This document shows, one piece after another, positions 1-8,025 of a stretch of 34,248 bases of DNA (within the stretch, counting starts at the first letter, position 1; each line of letters starts with the position of its first letter). The DNA is taken from assembly GCA_963777605.1 (NCBI GenBank), contig CAVZRV010000045.1:1-34248 (forward strand), given 5' to 3'. The stretch is from an uncultured Acidobacteriota bacterium. GTDB taxonomy: Bacteria > Acidobacteriota > UBA6911 > RPQK01 > JAPXNP01. The position numbers and the translations under genes were made by a program. The notes below the pieces were generated by a model. The model did not search any database. It was not told where the DNA came from and saw nothing but the letters and a program-made list of their open reading frames with translations.

Positions 1-2
1 CG

Positions 3-611
3 TTTTCGGTTGCCCCGGGGTTCCGGCTGCCCCCGACCTCCGACCTGCGGCCTCGGCTGGAACATTTGCATTCGCTCCTGGTCGAGCTCTCCCGCGCATC
101 TGGAGAGCGGACCCACTTGTGGAAGCCCTTTGTCCGGTACGGAGAGCTGCTGATGGGCCTGGCTGAAAGGATGAGACAGAGCAGCCTGCGGAGTCTCGCT
201 CAATGGGACAGTAGGCACCTCCTCATGGAACAGGCCCGCGACGCCTTCCTGCTACGGGGAGTCGAGTCCGCAAAGTACCCGAGAGAGCCGCAGGTGCTCT
301 ATGGCCCGATCAGCCGCCAGATCGACAGCTACGGCACCGAGTTGCTGAACGGGCTCTATTTCTTGGAACTGAACGACTTCGCAGAGAAGTACCTCGAGTA
401 CGGTGGCGGAATTCTCAATCCGTCCCAGAAAACCAAACTGCACGAACTGCTGGCTGTTGGCTACCGGATGACCGGGGACCAGCTCAACAGCCTGTCCCAC
501 CTGCAACAGTGTGATCTGAAGTCTCCCCAGCTCGAAAAGAGGCTTGCGGAATACCGAAGGAAAGGAATCCCGGTCCCACCCGTCGAAGCTGCTGAATCGA
601 ACGCACCATAG
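3..611 (+). CDS. Hypothetical protein, 3' part (5' end outside window); helical, possibly TPR-like C-terminus
   Basis: The frame of ORF 66..611 is open back to position 3 (FSVAPGFRLPP...); protein-like helical composition; no family recognised. Confidence 0.55.
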   Translation, partial: FSVAPGFRLPPTSDLRPRLEHLHSLLVELSRASGERTHLWKPFVRYGELLMGLAERMRQSSLRSLAQWDSRHLLMEQARDAFLLRGVESAKYPREPQVLYGPISRQIDSYGTELLNGLYFLELNDFAEKYLEYGGGILNPSQKTKLHELLAVGYRMTGDQLNSLSHLQQCDLKSPQLEKRLAEYRRKGIPVPPVEAAESNAP

Positions 612-848
612 TTGGAAGCAGGGTCCGTTCTTTGTTAGCCGGAAGGCAACGACCCGGCCCGGATAGAAGCCCACCTTACCGACGACAGCCTGCAGCCCAT
701 CTTCGATCAAATTCAGACCGATCCCGAGGTTCGGTCTGCTGTGGAGAGCCGCTGTCAACCCGTCATTACATCGCTCCTGAAGGAACCGCTCTCGAAACTG
801 AGTGGAAAATAGCCGAGGCCGGTGAATCGCTCTTGTTTAATCCTTGTG

Positions 849-882
849 GAATATTGAATATTCAGCAAGTGATCACTAATAT
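849..882 (+). promoter_or_regulatory. Sigma70-like promoter (TTGAAT-N17-TAATAT) overlapped by a perfect 7-1-7 palindrome GAATATT-G-AATATTC
   Basis: -35 at 854-859, -10 at 877-882, palindrome at 849-863; AT-rich island ~80 bp upstream of the leader ORF. Confidence 0.55.
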
Positions 883-961
883 GAACCTGGAAGTGTCAGG
901 AACCGAAAGGATGGCGTTCTAACCCAATCCAGTTAACCGGCGGATTTGCGGGTCGGGCAGG

Positions 962-1297
962 ATGGTTTCAGCGATACGTCACTTTGTGCATGGGACTTTG
1001 CGGCGCCTCTCCCGGCGGCTGGTGAAGGTTCTCTCCATCCTTCTGGTTATCGTTTCAGCGGCTGTTCTACTCTCGGTTTCGTTTGCTGCAGCAGGCGATC
1101 TTCACCCAGGTGGGTTCGACAAGAACTGCAACCTCTGCCTTTTCAACAGGGCTCCGCTGATTCATGCCAGCCCCCCTGTGTTCATTCCCCCCAGCGAACT
1201 CGTCTCATGGGAAGTCCGGGTGGTTCCCGTCCTGTTCCGCCGGCAACAGGTCGTCTTCTCCGGACTTTGCCGCGCCCCTCCCGCCCCTCTCTCCTGA
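962..1297 (+). CDS. DUF2946-family (CruR/CutF-like) metal-sensing leader / ribosome-arrest peptide
   Basis: 111 aa: basic N-terminus, hydrophobic segment, H...CNLC (CxxC), Pro-rich linker and C-terminal RAPP; directly upstream of a TonB-dependent receptor. Confidence 0.85.
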   Translation: MVSAIRHFVHGTLRRLSRRLVKVLSILLVIVSAAVLLSVSFAAAGDLHPGGFDKNCNLCLFNRAPLIHASPPVFIPPSELVSWEVRVVPVLFRRQQVVFSGLCRAPPAPLS

Positions 1298-1363
1298 GAA
1301 GTTTCGGAGTCCGAGAACTTCGCGGATGACCTGTTGAATAACCCAAACAGGTTCTGAGGAGGG
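1289..1363 (+). promoter_or_regulatory. Anti-SD/SD pairing and two inner hairpins between the leader ORF and the receptor gene
   Basis: CTCTCCTGAGAA (1289-1300) can pair with TTCTGAGGAGGG (1352-1363, containing the SD) at 11/12 positions including one G-U; inner stems at 1298-1320 and 1329-1352. Confidence 0.55.
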
Positions 1364-1375
1364 TGTGACGTGCGT

Positions 1376-1694
1376 ATGAATCGAACCCAACGGGTTCTCC
1401 TTGGACGATTTTGCTTGCTGTGCTGTATCCAGCTGAATGTGCGAATGCCTCCCGGTGGGAACCGAAGAACCACACGGCTGGCGCCGGAACACGCGATCGG
1501 TCGATTACGACCCGCTGAATGAGATGTTGATGGAGGGAACTGTTGTAGCTGTTGAGATGGCAATTTCTGCCCGGCGCCAGCCCACTCGGTTCAACTGCTG
1601 CTTGAAACGGATGGGGGATTGATCCGGGTCCACCTGGGGCCGTTGAGTTTCCTTCAGGCTTGGGGAAGGAGATCGAAACGGTGACCGGGTTTCC
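1376..1694 (+). pseudogene. Frameshifted N-terminal part of the TonB receptor gene (signal-like start plus OB-fold, MamS/MamX-like module)
   Basis: SD GAGGAGG 1356-1362, then GTG 1370/ATG 1376. Segments YDPLNEMLMEGTVVAV, VQLLLETDGGLIRVHLGPLSFL and GDRVSVKGS alternate between two frames and continue into ORF 1695 (..LIAARL..IELRDARGVPVW). Confidence 0.6.
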
Positions 1695-4022
1695 GTGAAA
1701 GGATCCCTGGTCACCGTCGGAAAGGAGGATGTGCTGATAGCTGCCCGCCTCAGTTATAGTTCGAAGTCCATCGAACTCCGCGACGCGCGCGGGGTGCCGG
1801 TCTGGGCCGGCTGGCGAGCCAGCGGGGCCGAAGAGGGCTTGGGATGTGCCATCTTCGGGGCGGTCTGCGACACGTCTGGAGCGGGAGTCCCGGGGGCGGT
1901 CGTGGTGTTGGAGCCCAGTGCTCAAAGCGTCACAACCAACGAGGATGGAAGCTTCTGTTTTCCTCATCTCGATCCCCTGACGGCGGCTGTATCGGTGAGC
2001 GCTCTCGGCTTTGAAGAGCAGTGGACCGATTTGCGGGTGTCCAACCAGCCGGGAATGGAACTCAACCTGATCTTGTTTCCGGCCGTCATCGAGGAAACGG
2101 TGACGGTCACGGCGGCGACGCGTACCGTGAAGAGCCTCGAGGAGGTACCGGTTCGAACCGAAGTTGTTTTGCCGGAATTGATGGAGCTATCCGCCTCCCG
2201 GAACCTGGCCGATGCGGTGGAGTTCAGTCCCGGGATACGAGTCGAAAGCAACTGTCAGAACTGCAATTTCTCACAGATCCGGATGCTCGGGCTGCAGGGG
2301 CCTTACACCCAGATCCTGTTCGACGGTCAGCCGACGATGTCATCGCTGGCGCAGGTCTACGGAATCGAGCAGATCCCCTCCCGTATGGTGGAGAGGATTG
2401 AAGTCGTCAAGGGAGGGGGGTCGTCGATTTATGGACCAGGATCAGTTGGGGGCGTGGTGAACATCGTCTCTCACGTGCCGTTTCGAACCACAGGATACCT
2501 GCTCGCCCGCACTGGTTGGATGAACGGTGTCCCCAACCAGACCTTCAGTGCTTCGGCGGATTGGGCATCCTCGAATCGGGATAGTGCCGCAACGATTTTC
2601 GGACAGGGTGACAAGGTAAATCCGGTGGACGTTGACAGTGACGGGTTCACCGAGGTTTCAAAGCGGGATTTCAGGGCAATGGGCGGTCGATTCCGACAAA
2701 ACTTCCTCGATCAGAAAGGTGAATTGACGATTGACTTCAACCGGTTTCGGGAGGAACGCCGGGGGGGAGATAGACTGGACCTGCCGCCCGATCGAGCCTG
2801 CGTCGCAGAAGCGGTCGAGAGCACCCGTTCAGCCGGTGGTGTGAGCTGGCACCACACTCCGAGCGCCGCTTTTGACTACCGGTTGGCTTTTTCGGTTGCC
2901 CGAATGGATAGGGAAACGTATTACGGATCGGGGCAAGACCCGAATGCCTACGGGACCAGCCGGAATCCCCTGTGGGTTGTTGACTCCCAGTTCAATCATT
3001 TCCTCGGCTCGCACATTTTGTCGTGGGGAGGCCAAGTCACTTCAGACGGAGTCGAGGATGTTCAACCGGCGTACGAACGCTCTTATGATGAGACCTATCG
3101 GAATTTCGGTGGGTTCATCCAGGATGACTGGTTCCTCCTTCCGGGCCTGGAGTTGGTCTGGGGCGGCCGGATTGACAAGCACAGCGCGATCAAGGAACCG
3201 GTGTTCTCGCCTCGGTTGGCCCTGATGTGGACTGCAGCTTCCGATCTGCGCGTTCGGACGTCGGTTGCGACCGGCTTTCTGGCGCCCCGCGTGTTCGACG
3301 AAGACCTCCACATCACGGTTTCCGGAGGCGAAGCCCAGGTCATCCGCAACGCCGCCGATCTCAAGGAAGAGAGTTCGAAGACCCTGATGGCAGGTGTCGA
3401 GTGGAAGCCCCGTTCAGGAAGTGCAGGCGGCCTGGTGGAAGTTAACCTCTTCCAGACGACGCTGAAGAACCTCTTCAATGTCGTGGAGGACGACCTTCCC
3501 GAGACCGGGGAGGTGGAGTTCACTCGAATCAACTTTGGCAGGGCGAGAGTCTACGGTGCCGAGGTCAACCTGGGGTACGTGTTGAACCCTTCCATCGAAA
3601 TTCAGATTGGATACGTCGAACAGCGTTCGCGCTTTGAGAACCCGGAACCGGATTTCGGCAGCAAGGACTTCTTTCGCACCCCGAACCGCTATGGGCTGGC
3701 GACGCTGGTCTATCGCAACCCCCGCCTGGTCGACGTCTTTCTGGGGATGCGCTACACCGGTGAGATGAGCTTGCCCCACTATGCCGGCTGGATTGCCGAA
3801 GACCGTCTGGAAACCAGCCCTTCGAACTGGTCGCTGGACGCGAGCGTGTCCCGGTCATTTTCGATCGGTTCCGAAGCCGGCCTCACACTAACCCTCGGCG
3901 GCAAGAACCTGACAAATGCTTATCAGGACGACCTTGACCGTGGTCCTCAGCGCGATTCTGGCTATGTCTGGGGTCCAAGGTTTCCCATGACGCTCTATGT
4001 CGGCACGGCCGTGGAATTTTGA
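1695..4022 (+). CDS. TonB-dependent outer-membrane receptor with carboxypeptidase-regulatory-like domain and a CxxC-containing plug (true start probably 1370/1376)
   Basis: GAVCDTSGAGVPGAVVVL prealbumin-like domain; TonB box ETVTVTA; plug NCQNC...ERIEVVKGGGSSIYG; beta-barrel ending in a terminal Phe. Confidence 0.93.
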   Translation: MKGSLVTVGKEDVLIAARLSYSSKSIELRDARGVPVWAGWRASGAEEGLGCAIFGAVCDTSGAGVPGAVVVLEPSAQSVTTNEDGSFCFPHLDPLTAAVSVSALGFEEQWTDLRVSNQPGMELNLILFPAVIEETVTVTAATRTVKSLEEVPVRTEVVLPELMELSASRNLADAVEFSPGIRVESNCQNCNFSQIRMLGLQGPYTQILFDGQPTMSSLAQVYGIEQIPSRMVERIEVVKGGGSSIYGPGSVGGVVNIVSHVPFRTTGYLLARTGWMNGVPNQTFSASADWASSNRDSAATIFGQGDKVNPVDVDSDGFTEVSKRDFRAMGGRFRQNFLDQKGELTIDFNRFREERRGGDRLDLPPDRACVAEAVESTRSAGGVSWHHTPSAAFDYRLAFSVARMDRETYYGSGQDPNAYGTSRNPLWVVDSQFNHFLGSHILSWGGQVTSDGVEDVQPAYERSYDETYRNFGGFIQDDWFLLPGLELVWGGRIDKHSAIKEPVFSPRLALMWTAASDLRVRTSVATGFLAPRVFDEDLHITVSGGEAQVIRNAADLKEESSKTLMAGVEWKPRSGSAGGLVEVNLFQTTLKNLFNVVEDDLPETGEVEFTRINFGRARVYGAEVNLGYVLNPSIEIQIGYVEQRSRFENPEPDFGSKDFFRTPNRYGLATLVYRNPRLVDVFLGMRYTGEMSLPHYAGWIAEDRLETSPSNWSLDASVSRSFSIGSEAGLTLTLGGKNLTNAYQDDLDRGPQRDSGYVWGPRFPMTLYVGTAVEF

Positions 4023-4096
4023 TGCGTGACGAGTCCGCGCCTGAAGCGAGAATGTTGCTTAATTGAGGTCATTTCGTTCACCATTAGGCAAATCAA

Positions 4097-5491
4097 ATGA
4101 AGAATTTGTTGATGTCAATTGCGGCTGTGCTGATATCGATGAGTTTGCTTGCGGCGCAAGAGCCGGATTCGGAGCATGCTCGGAAAACCCTCGAGATATA
4201 CAGGCACATTGTGGAGATTGAATCCTCCAAGGGGCTTGGCCGGGTGCCCGAGGTGGCGAACTACCTGGCCGACGAACTCGTTGCTGCGGGCTTTCCCAGG
4301 GAGGATGTGGAAGTGGTCCCGCTCGGCGAGACCGCAGCCCTGATCGCCCGCTATCGCGGAGACGGGTCCTCGGGGAAAAAGCCGATCCTCCTATTGGGCC
4401 ACATGGACGTTGTGGAGGCTCGCGCGGAGGACTGGGAGCGACCGCCGTTTCAACTGACCCGGGACGACAAGTACTTCTATGCCCGCGGGAGCATTGACTG
4501 CAAGTTTGGTGTTTCGCAGGTGACTTCCACTCTTATCCGTTTGAAGAAAGATGGGTTTGTTCCGACGCGGGATTTGATCATTGCATTCTCGGGCGATGAA
4601 GAGAGCGGAATGAAGACGACTCGGTTGCTCGCCCATGACAGGCCTGAGTTGGCCGACGCCGATTTCGCACTGAATTCGGATGCCGGCGGCGGCGACCTCA
4701 CTGCGGACGGAAAGCCGGTGGCTTACCTCGTGCAAGCTGCGGAAAAGACCTATGTCACCTGGGAGATCACGATCCGCAACCCGGGTGGACACAGTTCTCG
4801 CCCCAGGCCCGACAACGCCATTTACGACCTGGCGGATGCCGTCAAGAAGATCCATGACTACCGATTCCCGGTTCGATCGAGCGAGATGACCCGCACTTTC
4901 TTCCGGGAGACGGGGAAGCAGTTGGGCGGGGAACTGGGGGAAGCCATGATCCGGTTCGCCGACAACCCCCAGGACCAGAAGGCCGCGGACCGGTTGGCCG
5001 TGGAATCGTCCTACGTCGGGACCACACGGACGACCTGCGTCCCAACCATGCTGCGTGCCGGACATGCCGAAAATGCGTTGCCGCAATCTGCGACGGTCAC
5101 CGTCAACTGCCGCGTCTTTCCCGGCGTGCCGGTTTCCGAGGTTGAGGACACGCTCAAGCGGGTAGTCGGCAACAGCCAGGCTGAATTTATGCAACTCGGC
5201 GAGGTGACGGAGAGCCCAATATCGGAATTGCGGCCGGACGTTCTTGCCGCGGTCAGCAAAGCGGTGCACACCCGCTACCCCGACGTGAAAGTGATCCCAT
5301 ACATGGAGTCGGGAGGCACCGACGGGACCCACTTTCGAAATGCTGGAATCCCGACCTGGGGAGTCAGCAGCATCTTCATGAATCCGGACGAAGTGTTTGC
5401 GCACGGACTCAACGAAAGGGTTCCCATCAAGGCGTTCTACGATGCGCTCGACCACTGGAGCATCATTCTCAAGGACCTTGCCGGAGACTGA
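4097..5491 (+). CDS. Secreted M20/M25/M40-family metallopeptidase
   Basis: Signal peptide; GHMDVV, ARGSID, GDEE, GGHSS, GGTDG and AHGLNE motifs. Confidence 0.93.
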   Translation: MKNLLMSIAAVLISMSLLAAQEPDSEHARKTLEIYRHIVEIESSKGLGRVPEVANYLADELVAAGFPREDVEVVPLGETAALIARYRGDGSSGKKPILLLGHMDVVEARAEDWERPPFQLTRDDKYFYARGSIDCKFGVSQVTSTLIRLKKDGFVPTRDLIIAFSGDEESGMKTTRLLAHDRPELADADFALNSDAGGGDLTADGKPVAYLVQAAEKTYVTWEITIRNPGGHSSRPRPDNAIYDLADAVKKIHDYRFPVRSSEMTRTFFRETGKQLGGELGEAMIRFADNPQDQKAADRLAVESSYVGTTRTTCVPTMLRAGHAENALPQSATVTVNCRVFPGVPVSEVEDTLKRVVGNSQAEFMQLGEVTESPISELRPDVLAAVSKAVHTRYPDVKVIPYMESGGTDGTHFRNAGIPTWGVSSIFMNPDEVFAHGLNERVPIKAFYDALDHWSIILKDLAGD

Positions 5492-5500
5492 GTCGCGGTC

Positions 5501-6667
5501 TCAGCCTGCGCGAAGGATGGGCTCCCTCTGAGTAACTCGGGGATTGAGACTGTTTCGGGCGTAGCGGACCCGTTCGGCAGCCTCCTCGACGGTACTCCCC
5601 AAGGCCGTGATGTGGCCCATCTTGCGCCCGCTCCTTGCCGACTCCTTGCCGTAAAGGTGGAGATAGAGTCCCGGCACTTCGAGAATCTGCTCGAACGCAG
5701 GCGGAGACTCTTCCCAGAGGTCGCCCAACAGATTGGCCATTGCCGCTGCTTGACGCAGATCGACTCGACCGAGCGGCAACCCGCAGATGGCCCGAAGTTG
5801 CTGCTCAAACTGGTTCGTCAAGTGGGCTTCGAGCGTGAGGTGTCCCGAATTGTGAGGACGAGGAGCCAGTTCATTCACGAGTAGTCTGCCCTGGGTCGTG
5901 ACAAAGAACTCCACGCAAATCAACCCCCAGAGATCGAGTTGATCCGCGATCGCCTCGGCCAATTCTCCGGCCTGCCTGGAGATGGATTCCGGAATGCCGG
6001 CGGGAGCCACGGTGAGATCCAGAATGTGGTTTCGGTGAGTATTCAGAAACGGCGGATAGGTAACCTGCTGCCCGTGTCCGTTGCGGGCGGTGATAACCGA
6101 AATCTCGCAGGCCAGATCCACCAACTGCTCAACGACCACTGGAAACCTGTTTATTTTTGGAACTTGGCGGTCGGACTTGCTGCTGAAGCGCCACTGGCCG
6201 TGGCCGTCATAGCCGTTGCTGACGGTCTTGACGACAGCCGGCAAGCCGATCTGATCCAGAGCTTGATCCAGTTGGTCAGCAGACGTGGCGGCGGCATACG
6301 GGACGACCGGGAAGCCGTGACCGCTGAGAAAGTCTTTCTCGCGGAGCCGGTTCTGGGCGATCCCAAGAACTTTCGCTCCCGGGCGGACTGGAACCCGGGC
6401 TGAAAGGTGACGCACAGCCGCTTCGGGCACATTCTCGAATTCCAGCGTCACAACATCGACGCGGTCCGCAAAGCGGGCCAGGGCGAGAGTGTCGTCGAAC
6501 GGGGCCAGCGTTTCTGAATCCGCCACCCTGGAGGCCGGAGAACCGGGTGAGGGCGTGAAAACATGAAATGAGTAGCCCATTTTTCGGGCTTCTCGACCGA
6601 GCATGGCTCCAAGTTGACCGCCGCCAAGGCAACCGATGCTCCCACCGGGTGAAACTATCCGTGACAT
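5501..6667 (-). CDS. purK: N5-carboxyaminoimidazole ribonucleotide synthase
   Basis: Start ATG 6667 (MSRIVS..) after GGAGG; [41 protein letters not shown]; overlaps the end of purE. Confidence 0.97.
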   Translation of the reverse strand: MSRIVSPGGSIGCLGGGQLGAMLGREARKMGYSFHVFTPSPGSPASRVADSETLAPFDDTLALARFADRVDVVTLEFENVPEAAVRHLSARVPVRPGAKVLGIAQNRLREKDFLSGHGFPVVPYAAATSADQLDQALDQIGLPAVVKTVSNGYDGHGQWRFSSKSDRQVPKINRFPVVVEQLVDLACEISVITARNGHGQQVTYPPFLNTHRNHILDLTVAPAGIPESISRQAGELAEAIADQLDLWGLICVEFFVTTQGRLLVNELAPRPHNSGHLTLEAHLTNQFEQQLRAICGLPLGRVDLRQAAAMANLLGDLWEESPPAFEQILEVPGLYLHLYGKESARSGRKMGHITALGSTVEEAAERVRYARNSLNPRVTQREPILRAG

Positions 6668-7206
6668 AAGAGTGCCTCCTCCGAGATCTTTCGTTCCTGA
6701 TTGGCCCGGAATTCCTGGAGCCGCTTTCGCAGTTCCGGAAACTCCGGTGCGAGAATGGAAGCCGCAAGCAGTGCCGCATTCCGGGCGCCTGATTCGCCGA
6801 TGGCGAGCGTTGCGACCGGGACGCCTCCCGGCATCTGGACAATCGACAGCAGCGAATCCAATCCGCTCAAGGCTCTCGATCGCACCGGGACACCCAGAAC
6901 AGGCAACGTTGTGAGTGATGCGACCATGCCGGGCAGGTGGGCCGCTCCTCCCGCCCCGGCAATGATCAGGCGAAGGCCCCGGCCTTCGGCCGACTCCGCG
7001 AAGTTCACCATGGCCCGGGGGGTTCGGTGTGCAGAAACCACCCGGCATTCATGAGGAATCCCGAACTCCTCGAGGAGGGTGTGGGCTTCTTTCATGGTGT
7101 CCCAATCCGAGCGGCTTCCCATGATGACCGCAACCAGGGGGTGAGACTTCCCCCGGTCTGTTGGCGTGCCAGTGTCTGTGTCTGTTTCTTGGGTGGCTTT
7201 AGCCAT
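6655..7206 (-). CDS. purE: N5-carboxyaminoimidazole ribonucleotide mutase
   Basis: [38 protein letters not shown] motifs. Confidence 0.98.
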   Translation of the reverse strand: MAKATQETDTDTGTPTDRGKSHPLVAVIMGSRSDWDTMKEAHTLLEEFGIPHECRVVSAHRTPRAMVNFAESAEGRGLRLIIAGAGGAAHLPGMVASLTTLPVLGVPVRSRALSGLDSLLSIVQMPGGVPVATLAIGESGARNAALLAASILAPEFPELRKRLQEFRANQERKISEEALLCHG

Positions 7207-7236
7207 GACTGCAGTCCCTAAATAAGATTTCCATTA

Positions 7237-7268
7237 CATGAATTAAAAACCCTGAAAAAGAATTCATG
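7237..7268. promoter_or_regulatory. Inverted repeat CATGAATT-N16-AATTCATG in the AT-rich divergent purE/wHTH promoter region (candidate operator)
   Basis: Perfect 8-bp arms at 7237-7244 and 7261-7268. Confidence 0.4.
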
Positions 7269-7305
7269 AGAGACTATGCACCAAAATGGCGGTAGGATTC
7301 ATACA

Positions 7306-7629
7306 ATGTCGAGGAAATCGCCGGAATTTTCGGAACAAGAGGTTGGGGCGGGATGGACCTATCTCACCAACCACGCCCACGTGCTCATTTACCTGGCCGG
7401 CCACCCTGGGGTTACCCTTCGTGAAGCCGCCGGCGCGGTTGGTATCACGGAACGGGCGGTCCTGAGAATCGTCGCAGAGTTGGAAGAGGATGGGGTTCTG
7501 AGGAGAGTCAAGCAAGGGCGCAGGAACGAATACGAGATCGATCTCGACCGTCGCCTGCGCCATCCCGTCGAGAATCACTGCAAGGTCGGAGAACTTCTCG
7601 ATTTGGTCGTGGGTACGTCGTCGGGTTGA
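7306..7629 (+). CDS. Small winged-helix (MarR/AsnC-like) transcriptional regulator
   Basis: WTYLTNHAHVL...VGITERAVLRIVAELEEDG...GRRNEY...LRHP; start at ATG 7306 (alternative 7276). Confidence 0.88.
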   Translation: MSRKSPEFSEQEVGAGWTYLTNHAHVLIYLAGHPGVTLREAAGAVGITERAVLRIVAELEEDGVLRRVKQGRRNEYEIDLDRRLRHPVENHCKVGELLDLVVGTSSG

Positions 7630-7635
7630 AATGCC

Positions 7636-7956
7636 ATCCTTGGAAGAACTGGAAGAACTGGAAGAACTGGAAGAACTGGATGATTTGGAGGAACTCGATG
7701 AACCGGCGCGGCCGGGGGCAGTGTAATCCAGGCAGCCGTGCCTGGTATGGTGTCCGGGCAGCTTGCCCGGCGATTTCCGGTTCCCAAAGGAGCTGCCGCC
7801 TACCGCGAAATTGAAACGCCAAGACGCGAAGATCGCAAAGGGCTTTATTGTCGAAAACAAGAGATTTCTTAGCGTCTTCCCTTCTTTGCGGTTCAAAACA
7901 CTCGTGGCAAGTTTCGCTGCCTGAATGATCCGCGGAAGGCGCGGGGGTGGGGCTGA
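7636..7956 (-). repeat. Dispersed hairpin-rich intergenic repeat, copy A
   Basis: Reverse complement is colinear with 29609-29897 (e.g. GAAACTTGCCACGAGTGTTTTGAACCGCAAAGA and AAGAAATCTCTTGTTTTC are identical). Confidence 0.92.
7641..7703 (+). repeat. 9-bp tandem repeat (TGGAAGAAC)x4 plus 3 degenerate units
   Basis: Exact units at 7641-7676, then TGGATGATT, TGGAGGAAC, TCGATGAAC. Confidence 0.95.
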
Positions 7957-8025
7957 GCTGGAACTTCCGTGGCCTGCCGCGGGGACACCGGCGGATCTGT
8001 TTCGGTGCCCCCGCGGATGATGGGA

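Noticed and set aside
1500-1810. Magnetosome gene (MamS/MamX similarity)
   Set aside because: Only the generic OB-fold-like motif is present; no magnetochrome CxxCH and no other mam genes.
6668-7048. N-terminal extension of the 515-aa purK ORF
   Set aside because: Overlaps purE in another frame; the PurK motif starts at ATG 6667, which has an SD.
7641-7703. Possible CRISPR array or poly-Ser/WKN-repeat protein
   Set aside because: 9-bp units without unique spacers and no cas genes; the overlapping ORFs (7264..7896, 7508..7822, 7626..7814) are translations of the non-coding repeat.
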